A stretch of 64,000 nucleotides of DNA. Origin: a virus. Position numbers and translations under genes: made by a program. The notes beneath the pieces were generated by a model, which was not told the origin of the DNA, searched no databases, and worked only from the letters and a program-made list of their open reading frames with translations. The DNA is taken from the IMG/VR virus record IMGVR_UViG_3300042534_000747; one strand, written 5' to 3'. Positions 20,200-29,689 of this stretch are shown here, one piece after another; position 1 is the first letter of the stretch, and every line of letters starts with the position of its first letter.

Positions 20200-20616
20200 T
20201 CATATCCAGTAGGGTTTTTCAGTATTGATTTCTTTATAGTTGTTTATATGAGTGGAATTTAAGCCATATAGAGCATCATGAAGGTCTGTTGATGATACAG
20301 TGTATGTATTGTAGTCATTTTCAACTGAACTTATAATGGAAAGTATGTTTAGTTCAATTTTTGTGATTAGTTCATTTTTCAATTGGGTTGAATTTCCAGC
20401 AGCATTATTTTTTGAATCTTCATACCAATATTGCATTATTTCAATATCTTTAGTTGAAAATTGAATACCATATGTTGTGTTATTTGATTTTGCAATAATA
20501 GATATTGAATATGGAAATTTATTAATTTTTAAACTTGTGTTTTCAGATTTGTATAAGCAAGCTTCACTTTTGTCATATTCAATTAATTTTCTAAGTTGTT
20601 CTTTAAATTCATTCAT
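20200..20616 (-). CDS. P(Y/F)W-terminal paralog family protein
   Basis: Ends KPYWI. Confidence 0.8.
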   Translation of the reverse strand: MNEFKEQLRKLIEYDKSEACLYKSENTSLKINKFPYSISIIAKSNNTTYGIQFSTKDIEIMQYWYEDSKNNAAGNSTQLKNELITKIELNILSIISSVENDYNTYTVSSTDLHDALYGLNSTHINNYKEINTEKPYWI

Positions 20617-20621
20617 TGTTT

Positions 20622-21062
20622 TTACATCCAGTAGGGTTTAAGGTTATCTTCTTCTTCTTTAAAATCTTCTACAAATTTTTGTAAATGTATCTCGTCTGCT
20701 TCATCATAATTAAATCTATAAAAATAATTGAATGTTGCATCATAGTATAGGTGCTTATTTTCAATTGCATTGAGGGTTTTTAAAATTGATTTTTTAATAT
20801 GGTTTATTACGGACTTTTTAAGATGTTCTTTACTGCCTTTGACTTCAATAGAAGTATGGTTAAACCAATATTTTGTTATTGTTTTAGTTTCGATATCAAT
20901 TTCAACACCATAATATATTGAATTGATTTTGGCATTAACTACAAAATTGATTGGATATTTAAGAATTTCAAAGCTGTAATCATCATAAGTAGTTTCATAA
21001 TAAATGTGCTCATATCTATCATTTTCAATGAGTTTTAGCATTTGTTTTTTAAAATTTTTCAT
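20622..21062 (-). CDS. P(Y/F)W-terminal paralog family protein
   Basis: Ends KPYWM. Confidence 0.8.
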   Translation of the reverse strand: MKNFKKQMLKLIENDRYEHIYYETTYDDYSFEILKYPINFVVNAKINSIYYGVEIDIETKTITKYWFNHTSIEVKGSKEHLKKSVINHIKKSILKTLNAIENKHLYYDATFNYFYRFNYDEADEIHLQKFVEDFKEEEDNLKPYWM

Positions 21063-21134
21063 TTTTTACCTCATGTGTGAGTAATACAATATATGGTTAT
21101 TCTAATATTTAAATGTTTGTTAAAAAAGAAAAAA

Positions 21135-21593
21135 TTAATGGGATTCTATGGAGGTAATTGATTCATTTATTACATTTATAGAATTTTCAATATCATGTTT
21201 TTGTATTAAAAGTTTTTTTACTATGTCTTTTTTTACATTTTTTATGATATATTCAGTTGTTAAAAGATTGGCATGTGCATGATTTTCTACAAATATATTT
21301 TTTGAATTATTGATTCTATAACTGAGTGAATATTCTCTAATTCCATTTGAATAGAATTCTTTTGTTTCAAAATTATATTTGTATGCAATTACCGATTCTA
21401 TTAAAATATCGACAGACATATTACCGAATTGTTCAGTAAAAGTTATCATATTTTCATACATATACAATTGTTTTTTAAAGCCATTTATGAGAAAACTTAA
21501 AGTAAATGAACTTATATGTTTATTTGCAATTTTTTCTTTTACAATTTTATCATAATCGCTATTTTCAAGTATTTCTTTAATTTCTGAATTCAT
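21135..21593 (-). CDS. Hypothetical protein
   Basis: Own promoter cassette; lacks the PYW tail. Confidence 0.7.
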   Translation of the reverse strand: MNSEIKEILENSDYDKIVKEKIANKHISSFTLSFLINGFKKQLYMYENMITFTEQFGNMSVDILIESVIAYKYNFETKEFYSNGIREYSLSYRINNSKNIFVENHAHANLLTTEYIIKNVKKDIVKKLLIQKHDIENSINVINESITSIESH

Positions 21594-21600
21594 TGTAATT

Positions 21601-21643
21601 CACCTACAATGAAGTAGTAGGGTGTTATTGTATTTAAGTGTTT
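21601..21643 (-). promoter_or_regulatory. Promoter-leader cassette (AAACACTTAAATA ... TTGTAGGTG)
   Basis: TATA at 21631-21638; predicted TSS near 21609. Confidence 0.7.
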
Positions 21644-21671
21644 GTTAAAAAAAGGAAATTAAAAAGGTTGT

Positions 21672-22115
21672 TTAAATTACCCAATAAGGAATTATTGTGC
21701 TATGTTTTATTATGGAATTAGAATATGCTTGCATTGTGTTTTTAGTATCTTGATTGATGTCATTTGAACTAGAATATTCTAAAATAGTATCAACTATTTT
21801 GTTAACGTTAAGTCCATGAGTATCTATAAGATTTTTTGTATCAAGGATTATTTTTTCAATGAGAGAAATAATTTCAGGATTAATTAATGAAGGGTTTCCT
21901 TCAGCGTGAATAGGGTATTTTTGGCATTCTACTCTGATGTATTCAAGATTGTTTGACCAAATACTTACATAACATTTGTTTTCTTCAATTATTTCAATTG
22001 ATTTGAATGATGGAGAAAAATGTAATGTTTTAAATTGAAGAGAGGGATTTTCATTTATGAAGTATGTATGACTTTCTGACATTTTGTTAAATAAATTTAT
22101 AATTTCTGAATTCAT
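21672..22115 (-). CDS. P(Y/F)W-terminal paralog family protein
   Basis: Ends IPYWVI; EGN core. Confidence 0.8.
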   Translation of the reverse strand: MNSEIINLFNKMSESHTYFINENPSLQFKTLHFSPSFKSIEIIEENKCYVSIWSNNLEYIRVECQKYPIHAEGNPSLINPEIISLIEKIILDTKNLIDTHGLNVNKIVDTILEYSSSNDINQDTKNTMQAYSNSIIKHSTIIPYWVI

Positions 22116-22186
22116 TTTGATTACCTGTAAGGTAGTAGTAGGTGTTTATGATATATAAATGATTGTAAAAAAAAGAATGAATGAAA

Positions 22187-22486
22187 TTAATATCCATAAT
22201 AAATAAGTATCATTAAAAATATTAATGCAGATATTATGAAATTAATTAAATCAAAATTTGAAGATGGTATGTTATTTTCTGGTTTATTTTCTTTAGATTT
22301 AATTAACATAGCATTGTATGAAAAATCCATTCCTACTAATATGATATTTATTAGCATATAAATTGAAACAAGGATAATTGTAATTATTGGTAATATTTTA
22401 AAAGTAAAATTATTTATTAATATTACAAATGAAAAGATTATCAATATCAATGTTATTACTTGATTAAATGTTTTATAATAATTCAT
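22187..22486 (-). CDS. Small 3-TM membrane protein
   Basis: 2 TM + polar loop + TM. Confidence 0.65.
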   Translation of the reverse strand: MNYYKTFNQVITLILIIFSFVILINNFTFKILPIITIILVSIYMLINIILVGMDFSYNAMLIKSKENKPENNIPSSNFDLINFIISALIFLMILIYYGY

Positions 22487-22589
22487 TTTTTATACCTATT
22501 TTTATATTGCCAATATAATGATATTATGTTAAAGTATTTAAGTATATTGATAAAAAGGAAATTATAATGTTTCATAATGGTATAAAAAA

Positions 22590-23006
22590 TTAAATCCAGA
22601 AAGGTGTTAGCTTTCCAGATTCTTTGAAGGATGATTCAAGGGTTTGGAGGTCTGTTTTGTTATTGAATCCATTTGCAAATTCAAGGGAGTGTTCATAATT
22701 GAGTGGTTCTTTTTCAATATGGTTGATTATTGAAAGGATTGACTTTTTAATCACTTTTAGGGATTTAGGATTATAGCATTCTGGTGAGCCAGTACCATTA
22801 TATTCTAATGTAGATATATCAAATGTTATTGTAATACCTGCTTCAGTGAACATTTCAAATGTTGTTTTTTCATTTGAAAATTTCCACATTGGATTATCAT
22901 GTATATCATAAACTCTCATATTATATTTTTTATCTTCAGATTGATAAGATATATCATCATATGGAGATTTTGATATGATGTCTGATATAATTTCATCAAA
23001 TTTCAT
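22590..23006 (-). CDS. P(Y/F)W-terminal paralog family protein
   Basis: Ends TPFWI. Confidence 0.8.
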   Translation of the reverse strand: MKFDEIISDIISKSPYDDISYQSEDKKYNMRVYDIHDNPMWKFSNEKTTFEMFTEAGITITFDISTLEYNGTGSPECYNPKSLKVIKKSILSIINHIEKEPLNYEHSLEFANGFNNKTDLQTLESSFKESGKLTPFWI

Positions 23007-23007
23007 T

Positions 23008-23625
23008 TTACTTACTCCAATAAGGGATTATTTCATTAATTTTTTTGTCATTGAGCATTGTTTCAATTTCTGAAATTTTGTCATTGATTATGGCATTGTC
23101 TTGTGAATTATGAATAATGATAGCACGTTTTAAAGTTTTTACATGATGCATTATTGTTTCATCTTCAGGTACAATATCATTAAGCATTGATTCTATTACA
23201 GATTCATATTTTCTTATTAGTTCAGTATCAATTGATTTTTGAATATATACACATCTAGCTAAAAGACTAATTTTTGACATTATGGTTCTAATTGATACTA
23301 TTCCATTTATATCTATGAGATTTTTAAATTCTGTAATTTTATCAAGTACATAATAATAAATTTCATCTGTGGTGAAGCATGTACTTCCTTCATAATATTT
23401 TCCATCTTTTATATAACGAATTTTTTGCACTTCATTGTTATGTATTAGTATTTCACATCCATAATCAGATTCATTATCAGCCATTTCAAAGCTAACCCAA
23501 TCATTTTCTTGACCTGATACATAAGTGCTAAACCAACATTCATTGAAGCCTTTAATGTAATAGTGATAGCTTTCTTTTGTTATATTTGCAAGAGCTATAA
23601 TTTCATCTAGTTTTTTATCATTCAT
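23008..23625 (-). CDS. P(Y/F)W-terminal paralog family protein (long form)
   Basis: Ends IPYWSK. Confidence 0.8.
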   Translation of the reverse strand: MNDKKLDEIIALANITKESYHYYIKGFNECWFSTYVSGQENDWVSFEMADNESDYGCEILIHNNEVQKIRYIKDGKYYEGSTCFTTDEIYYYVLDKITEFKNLIDINGIVSIRTIMSKISLLARCVYIQKSIDTELIRKYESVIESMLNDIVPEDETIMHHVKTLKRAIIIHNSQDNAIINDKISEIETMLNDKKINEIIPYWSK

Positions 23626-23629
23626 TTAA

Positions 23630-24067
23630 TCAAATCCAGAAGGGTATTAAACAATTATGTTTTTTGTATGTTTCTTCAAGTTCAAGAATTTTATCTGGTT
23701 GTTGATAAGCTTTTAGATATTCATATGTATGTGCAAAGTCAAGATTATTATTTGGATTTTCAAATATTTCAATTACTTCTAAGATTGAATTGATAATTTT
23801 TTCAATGTATTCAGGTTTAAAAGCATTCATAGTTCCTTCACTGCAATATGTTGACCAATCACAGTATTCAAAATTTTGCAATTCTCTATTTTTAATTGAT
23901 ACTGCATATTTTATTTTATCAATTTGCACTTCAATACGTGAATTATAACTAAATCGTATGTAGTAATCTTGATTCAATATTTTATAAGAAATGTAGTCAT
24001 ATTTTGATTTTTCAAGTATGTTCAATATTCTTGTTTTGAATTGTTCAATGTTCATTATTTCACCCAA
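23630..24067 (-). CDS. P(Y/F)W-terminal paralog family protein
   Basis: Ends IPFWI. Confidence 0.8.
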   Translation of the reverse strand: MGEIMNIEQFKTRILNILEKSKYDYISYKILNQDYYIRFSYNSRIEVQIDKIKYAVSIKNRELQNFEYCDWSTYCSEGTMNAFKPEYIEKIINSILEVIEIFENPNNNLDFAHTYEYLKAYQQPDKILELEETYKKHNCLIPFWI

Positions 24068-24573
24068 TAAGGAATTATTTTTTTGTTAAGGTTTATATCA
24101 TCAATTAGTGATTCTAATGTTTTTGAAAGTTTGTTATAATTTACAATTTGGCATTCTGTAAATTCATTAGTAATATTATTAATTTTGTTCCATGCAATAG
24201 TATAATTTATATCTGACATATCATGATTGATTCTTTTAAGAGTTTTACTAATGTTAATTTCTTCAGATTCAATGTTTAAAGTGGTTTTGATGATTGTTTC
24301 CATTATTTCTTTAATTACTATGGGATTACAAATATTATAATCACCTTCAAAATAAATATCATTTTGAATTATTCTTGCAATTGTAAAATTATTGTCTTTC
24401 ATGTTTAAGGAACAATTTAATTCATTTGTTTTATCAACAATTTCAATGTATTTGGTATTGTCTTTAGAATAAGTTCCATAATAGATACCTGAATTTGAGT
24501 AATAATTGTATTCTGCATCTGTTTTGTCAAAAAGGTCACGTATTTTAGATTTTATTTCATTCATTAATTTCAC
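24055..24573 (-). CDS. P(Y/F)W-terminal paralog family protein
   Basis: Ends IPYWVK. Confidence 0.8.
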   Translation of the reverse strand: MKLMNEIKSKIRDLFDKTDAEYNYYSNSGIYYGTYSKDNTKYIEIVDKTNELNCSLNMKDNNFTIARIIQNDIYFEGDYNICNPIVIKEIMETIIKTTLNIESEEINISKTLKRINHDMSDINYTIAWNKINNITNEFTECQIVNYNKLSKTLESLIDDINLNKKIIPYWVK

Positions 24574-24616
24574 CTAAATGAGTATTTTACATTACAATAA
24601 ATGGTAAGTATAGTAT

Positions 24617-24808
24617 TTAAATGTTTGCTAAATTTATACGTTCAAAATTATATTTGATTATATGGGATGTTCCTATGATAAATAAGTAAATGTATAAACA
24701 TATAATTCCTAAATCTGTATTATTTGCCATTATTTGTGCAAGACCAATCAATCCTATTATAAATCCTATTAATTCATAAAAAAATAAAATAATTGTATAT
24801 GTTTTCAT
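24617..24808 (-). CDS. Small 2-TM membrane protein
   Basis: Two hydrophobic helices. Confidence 0.6.
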   Translation of the reverse strand: MKTYTIILFFYELIGFIIGLIGLAQIMANNTDLGIICLYIYLFIIGTSHIIKYNFERINLANI

Positions 24809-24813
24809 TATTT

Positions 24814-25131
24814 TTACCTGTAATTTATAAAAACAAGTGTTATTGAATTTATTATGAATATAGTAAATGCAATTGTAAACTTTATTGAATCTTCAACTGT
24901 ATAATTTAAATTTATATTTTTTATACTTTTTTGAGTATATTTTTTCATTAGACTATAATACAAAATTTCATCTGCTTTATACAAATACCATAATCCATAA
25001 ATTAGAAAAATAATACTTGCAATTAAATGTATGTTAAAAGATATTTCGGTAACAAAATATCCTGCTATAAATGAAGATAAAAAATAAAATATTGCAGTTA
25101 AATGTTCTATAATTATTTTTTTAATATCCAT
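24814..25131 (-). CDS. Small 3-TM membrane protein
   Basis: 2 TM + loop + TM. Confidence 0.65.
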   Translation of the reverse strand: MDIKKIIIEHLTAIFYFLSSFIAGYFVTEISFNIHLIASIIFLIYGLWYLYKADEILYYSLMKKYTQKSIKNINLNYTVEDSIKFTIAFTIFIINSITLVFINYR

Positions 25132-25440
25132 TTAAATCACCATTAAAATGGTTAATATTGTAATTGATATGAAGCTAATTATTGCTAAAATTAATGTAAT
25201 ATAATCATATAGTTGGCATTCTATGTTTATATCTTCAGTTTTTGATTTTTTATTAATTTCAATTGATTCTCTGAAGAAATAAAGAGATGCAAATATACAT
25301 GCAAGCAAGGGTAGTAGAATGAATATTGAAGAATTATGTATGTAAATGTTAATGTATTCTATGACAGTTAGCATAAATAATGCAGAAATTAGTTTAGTTA
25401 TTATTATTTTATTCATTTTGTTCACCTGATAATGTTTCAA
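25132..25440 (-). CDS. Small 3-TM membrane protein
   Basis: 2 TM + loop + TM. Confidence 0.65.
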   Translation of the reverse strand: MKHYQVNKMNKIIITKLISALFMLTVIEYINIYIHNSSIFILLPLLACIFASLYFFRESIEINKKSKTEDINIECQLYDYITLILAIISFISITILTILMVI

Positions 25441-25654
25441 TTATATGTTTAGCAATTTGATTAGCTAATTTATCATAGATTTTTTGAGCTTGCTTTGAAG
25501 AGATTAAATTTGAAAGTATCAATGTGTGGACTGCTTTTCTTTTATGTTCAATATCATCAATAAATTCATTTTTGTAATTCAAGTTAAGTTCATCCAATTG
25601 TTTTGATAGTTTTGGAGAAAAATAGCCCATGTTTATACTGATTGTTTGTTCCAA
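25409..25654 (-). CDS. Hypothetical soluble protein
   Basis: 81-aa ORF in operon. Confidence 0.65.
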   Translation of the reverse strand: MEQTISINMGYFSPKLSKQLDELNLNYKNEFIDDIEHKRKAVHTLILSNLISSKQAQKIYDKLANQIAKHIIETLSGEQNE

Positions 25655-25659
25655 TTAAA

Positions 25660-25977
25660 TCATCCCATTATTAGAATTTTTATAAATACTAATCCAAATA
25701 CAAATATTATAGAAAATATGTATAAAATTGTTGTAGATTTATCTACTTTAATATCTTTAATTTCATAAGTTTCATCTAATTCAGCGTTCTTTTGTTCATA
25801 TTTTATATTAATATAACATATAATTGCTATAATTGCATATATTAATGAACTAAGGAAAAACAAAAATGGAATTAACAAATAAATATGTTCATTTTCAAAT
25901 AAATCATTTGATAAATAAGTACATATAAATAAATTTAATGAAAGCATTAAAGAAATTTTAAATAGACTGTTTTTCAT
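25660..25977 (-). CDS. Small 3-TM membrane protein
   Basis: 2 TM + loop + TM. Confidence 0.65.
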   Translation of the reverse strand: MKNSLFKISLMLSLNLFICTYLSNDLFENEHIYLLIPFLFFLSSLIYAIIAIICYINIKYEQKNAELDETYEIKDIKVDKSTTILYIFSIIFVFGLVFIKILIMG

Positions 25978-26049
25978 TTATCATTACCTCATAAATTATA
26001 TGTAATGGATGGTGTTGATAATATTTAAGTGTTTGGTAAAAAAGAAAAG

Positions 26050-26460
26050 TTAATTAAATGCTTCTTTATCAAGGAAAGATTTAATTTTCAAAGTTGAAAT
26101 TAAATATAATGGGAATAATATGTATACAATAATTATGTATGTAAGTGAAAATAATATTAACATTGTTAATATGAATATTCCACCAATAAGACATGATGTA
26201 ATTGCCACTTTTAAAAAATGTAATAGAATTTCAGATTTTATATATGGAGAAGTGGAATTTACAAAAATTGGTAATATTTCACCTTTTGTAATAAATAATC
26301 CTGTTATAAATACAATAAGAGTAGTTATTATTTGATATTGTATTAGTCTTACTAATTTTTCAGGTAAAATAAAGATTTTTGAAATTAGCAATTTTATTAT
26401 ATCTCTATTTGTTGGATTTGTTTTATTTAATTGTTTGCAACACCATGATTTGAAGGACAT
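26050..26460 (-). CDS. Membrane protein
   Basis: 2-3 hydrophobic helices. Confidence 0.65.
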   Translation of the reverse strand: MSFKSWCCKQLNKTNPTNRDIIKLLISKIFILPEKLVRLIQYQIITTLIVFITGLFITKGEILPIFVNSTSPYIKSEILLHFLKVAITSCLIGGIFILTMLILFSLTYIIIVYILFPLYLISTLKIKSFLDKEAFN

Positions 26461-26473
26461 TTTATCACCGTTT

Positions 26474-26740
26474 TCAAAGTATTATAAAAACTATGTATAA
26501 TGCTATAATTGTTACAATAAAATCATTAAATAGTATAACAAGAGTGATTGTTCTGTTTACACGTTTAACATCTGTTAATTTTATTAAATTCATTAAATTG
26601 AGTATGAAACATGAGCCATATAAGAAAATAAATACATACATCATTATTTGAAAAGATTGCAACATTATTGCTGATTTTATAGTTATTGCTAAATACGCAA
26701 TTGTTGAAAATACACTTAAATATATAGAATCGAATTTCAT
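26474..26740 (-). CDS. Small 3-TM membrane protein
   Basis: Three hydrophobic helices; own promoter. Confidence 0.65.
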   Translation of the reverse strand: MKFDSIYLSVFSTIAYLAITIKSAIMLQSFQIMMYVFIFLYGSCFILNLMNLIKLTDVKRVNRTITLVILFNDFIVTIIALYIVFIIL

Positions 26741-26792
26741 AATATAATTGATGTTCTTTATAATATTTAAATGTTTGTGAAAAAAGGAAAAA

Positions 26793-27140
26793 TTAAATTA
26801 ATTTAATTAAAAATAGTGATAATGTTAATAGTCCAACTGACGTTAATAAAATTGTTATATCTCCTTTTATTATATTTATAGGTATTTCATTACACAATAT
26901 AAGGGTTATTGCAAAAATATTGAATAGAACTCCTAATAAATATAATGAAGATAGGAATATGATAACTAAATTATTTGTATAAAAAATATATGCCATTTTT
27001 ATTAATGACATGTAAATAAAAATATTGAAAATGTATAGATATTCTTTTTTGATTATATTATTGTAATTCATGAATTGCTCATAAAGATATATAATTATAT
27101 ATAAATATATGCTTTTAGAAAATATCTTTGTTATCAACAA
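26793..27140 (-). CDS. Membrane protein
   Basis: Multiple hydrophobic helices. Confidence 0.55.
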   Translation of the reverse strand: MLITKIFSKSIYLYIIIYLYEQFMNYNNIIKKEYLYIFNIFIYMSLIKMAYIFYTNNLVIIFLSSLYLLGVLFNIFAITLILCNEIPINIIKGDITILLTSVGLLTLSLFLIKLI

Positions 27141-27765
27141 TATCCATTATTTTTGTTGGGTAATTATTCCAATTTATAATAGTTGCATTTGGTTTATATT
27201 TGTTTATCCAGTCAAATAATTTATTTATTTGAGCAGTGGTTAATCTTCTATTAAATCCCCATGTAAGATAAAACCATTCACCATGTGATAATTTCATCCA
27301 TCCTAGACTTTCAATTGTCATTTCAGAATCATCTAATTTTATAATACCTTCAATATTTATTAATTCATCTAATATTTCATTTGCTAATGCTCTATGTTGC
27401 ATTTTATCACAAATGTAAACAACACCTGAAGGAGATACCCATGCATTATTAGAATTTGATGAAAAATTATTGTCAATAATGAATTCTACATTTTTATTCA
27501 TTATATCATTATAGTTATATGCAAGTTTTTTACCTAGATATGTTTCTACATTTTTCTTTAAAATATTAAATTCGATATTTGCATTTATCATATCTTTTAT
27601 TGAAATTAATTCTTTAATGAATTCAATTTGATTTATGAAATCACTAGATAAAAGTGAACCATCTCTTAAATTTGGTTTTTCAACTAAAATATTTGCATAA
27701 CTCATAACTGATACATTTTCATCTAGTAAATCATCGATAAACATTATAATTTCTTCTTTTGTCAT
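27115..27765 (-). CDS. Hypothetical protein with phage-type WxSPxG...H...GW motif
   Basis: NAWVSPSGVVY...QH...LGWMKL. Confidence 0.7.
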   Translation of the reverse strand: MTKEEIIMFIDDLLDENVSVMSYANILVEKPNLRDGSLLSSDFINQIEFIKELISIKDMINANIEFNILKKNVETYLGKKLAYNYNDIMNKNVEFIIDNNFSSNSNNAWVSPSGVVYICDKMQHRALANEILDELINIEGIIKLDDSEMTIESLGWMKLSHGEWFYLTWGFNRRLTTAQINKLFDWINKYKPNATIINWNNYPTKIMDIVDNKDIF

Positions 27766-27869
27766 TAATTTATACCTACATTACAGTAATTAGTTGTTAT
27801 TATATTTAAATGTTTGCTAAAATTGGCATTATGACTTATAAAATAAAAATATAAGTAAAAAAGATAATA

Positions 27870-27942
27870 CGCCTACAACAGGGCTTGAACCTGTGACATC
27901 CTGATTAACAGTCAGGCACTCTACCAACTGAGTTATGTAAGC
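27870..27942 (-). tRNA. trnN: tRNA-Asn(GUU)
   Basis: Full cloverleaf GCTTACA/TGTAGGC, anticodon loop CT-GTT-AA, TTCAAGC T-loop, no CCA. Confidence 0.97.
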
Positions 27943-27950
27943 ATCTTGAA

Positions 27951-28023
27951 AGCTCTTGAAGGGATTTGAACCCTCGATTTGTGGTTTACAAAACCACCGC
28001 TATAGCCACTAAGCTACAAGAGC
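27951..28023 (-). tRNA. trnT: tRNA-Thr(UGU)
   Basis: Cloverleaf GCTCTTG/CAAGAGC, loop TT-TGT-AA, U73 discriminator, no CCA. Confidence 0.97.
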
Positions 28024-28033
28024 ATATTTGAAA

Positions 28034-28105
28034 TTCCCTTCATACTTGCAAATTCAATATTGGGAGATTGGATAATATACATACGATACTGCAAATATGA
28101 AGGAA
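28034..28105 (-). ncRNA. Candidate tRNA-operon spacer RNA with 16-bp terminal stem
   Basis: 28105-28090 pairs with 28050-28035; two G.U pairs favour the minus strand; 39-nt loop. Confidence 0.5.
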
Positions 28106-28176
28106 TGCATAATAAGGGATTTGAACCCCTGCTAAATGGTTGGAAACCACTTATGCTACCATTACATCAATTATGC
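28106..28176 (-). tRNA. trnG: tRNA-Gly(UCC)
   Basis: Cloverleaf GCATAAT/ATTATGC, loop TT-TCC-AA, A73 (archaeal/eukaryal type), no CCA. Confidence 0.96.
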
Positions 28177-28183
28177 AAATTTA

Positions 28184-28257
28184 CGCACCTGAAGGGATTT
28201 GAACCCCTGACCACTGGATTAAAAGTCCAACGCTCTGCCTGACTGAGCCACAGGTGC
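28184..28257 (-). tRNA. trnK: tRNA-Lys(UUU)
   Basis: Cloverleaf GCACCTG/CAGGTGC, loop CT-TTT-AA, no CCA. Confidence 0.97.
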
Positions 28258-28264
28258 TTGTTGT

Positions 28265-28578
28265 TTGAGCAATACCATACATATACTTCATAGTATTTAT
28301 AGTTAATGGATGAGTGGTAGTTTTTAGTGTATTCCTATAGACTATGGGTACTATAAGCTAGCTATATATAGGCTTTTTTCTAATAAAGTGTAAGTAAAAA
28401 TATGGGATAAAATGATAGCAGTAGTCATTTTTTGATTGATTATTGGAAAATCTATTATTTAGACTGTTCACAATGTGAATAGGATGTGGGTGGAATCATT
28501 TTATATTTTTTTAATAGGTTAGACGTTTTTCATATAGGGATATACTGATGGTGAAAAAACAGATTTAGTTGTCAGTAG
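28265..28578. repeat. Direct repeat copy 1 (tRNA promoter + 57-bp, 30-bp and 36-bp conserved blocks)
   Basis: 28330-28386 identical to 55212-55268; 28449-28478 vs 55319-55348 (1 mismatch); 28543-28578 identical to 55413-55448. Confidence 0.95.
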
Positions 28579-28636
28579 AAGGAATTATTATTTTTAAATA
28601 GATTTAAATAATAGAACATACATTGGTTGTATTATT

Positions 28637-29017
28637 ATGATAGAACAAATTACAAAAATTGAAAAAGAAATATGTAATTCATTTTTGGCAATGGATTGTG
28701 AATTTGAAAAAGTAAATGAAATGTTGAAAAGTAAAAAAATAGATAATAATAATGTCTATGCTCATAGTTTGAGTGATACTTCATTTATGATAACACATAA
28801 AATGATGGAAGATTCAAGTGAAGATATTATTTTTATTGTACATGTGAATCCTACAAGAATTTTATTGATTGATACAAACAGGTATTATAGTGGGAAAAAT
28901 ACATATATAAAAAATGCAATTTTCAGTAGTTGGTGGAATTTTACACCTACATTTGATACTTACTATGTAAGACATTTTTTAATAGCATTCAATATTGTGA
29001 AAAGTTTAGTTGAATAA
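28637..29017 (+). CDS. Hypothetical protein
   Basis: 126-aa ORF after a TTTAAATA box. Confidence 0.65.
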   Translation: MIEQITKIEKEICNSFLAMDCEFEKVNEMLKSKKIDNNNVYAHSLSDTSFMITHKMMEDSSEDIIFIVHVNPTRILLIDTNRYYSGKNTYIKNAIFSSWWNFTPTFDTYYVRHFLIAFNIVKSLVE

Positions 29018-29063
29018 TTTTATAATGAAACGTTTATATATACCGAAACACTATCTATCATTT

Positions 29064-29145
29064 GTAATATAATTAGTTTTCAGAAAATACTAACGATATA
29101 ACTGCAACTTATACTCCGTTTTTCTGAAAACTTATTTTATATTTT
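29064..29145 (+). ncRNA. Candidate hairpin sRNA
   Basis: TTTATATA at 29033-29040; 13-bp perfect inverted repeat 29075-29087/29120-29132; no ORF. Confidence 0.4.
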
Positions 29146-29231
29146 AATGATTGTTTTTTTCTTTAAATGCTTTTTTATATCATAACAGTTGTTATTAGTA
29201 TGCTTTTATTGAAATTAAAGAGGAACGTATA

Positions 29232-29657
29232 ATGGTATCAAATATTGAAAGACTTGAAAAGTTATTGAGTGTTCTTGAAGTGATGGATATTTCATCTGAA
29301 AGTTTATATTATGCAAATCTAGATGATGTTACACATATTGCTTTTAACAAAGAAGTTGGTTTCTTATTGAAAGATTTAGGGTATGAAGCACATGAAACAA
29401 ATCCTAGATTTTTCTTACATGATGATATTAAAGTTTTAGTGAAAGCTAGAAAATTACTCAAAAATGTATTAGACAATGCTAAAATTAGAAGTAATATAGG
29501 AATTCGTAATGTAAAATTAGAAGTTATTAAATCTACATATCAATATCCTAGACAAGAAGATTTAATTTATCAATTTGATAATTTAGTAATTCAAGATTTA
29601 AAAATATTGTTGAATTTCATACATGAATGGGATGAATTAGAAAATAATCTACAATAA
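29232..29657 (+). CDS. Hypothetical protein
   Basis: 141-aa ORF, AGAGG RBS. Confidence 0.7.
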   Translation: MVSNIERLEKLLSVLEVMDISSESLYYANLDDVTHIAFNKEVGFLLKDLGYEAHETNPRFFLHDDIKVLVKARKLLKNVLDNAKIRSNIGIRNVKLEVIKSTYQYPRQEDLIYQFDNLVIQDLKILLNFIHEWDELENNLQ

Positions 29658-29689
29658 TATTTTTATAATAGTAAATAGTATAGTAATTT

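Noticed and set aside
18131-24573. Integron-like cassette array or DGR for the paralog cluster
   Set aside because: No attC-like hairpins between these genes, no reverse transcriptase, and no near-identical TR/VR pair with A-specific mismatches.
28060-28242. 60-aa plus-strand ORF in the track
   Set aside because: Antisense to tRNA-Gly and tRNA-Lys; a shadow ORF.
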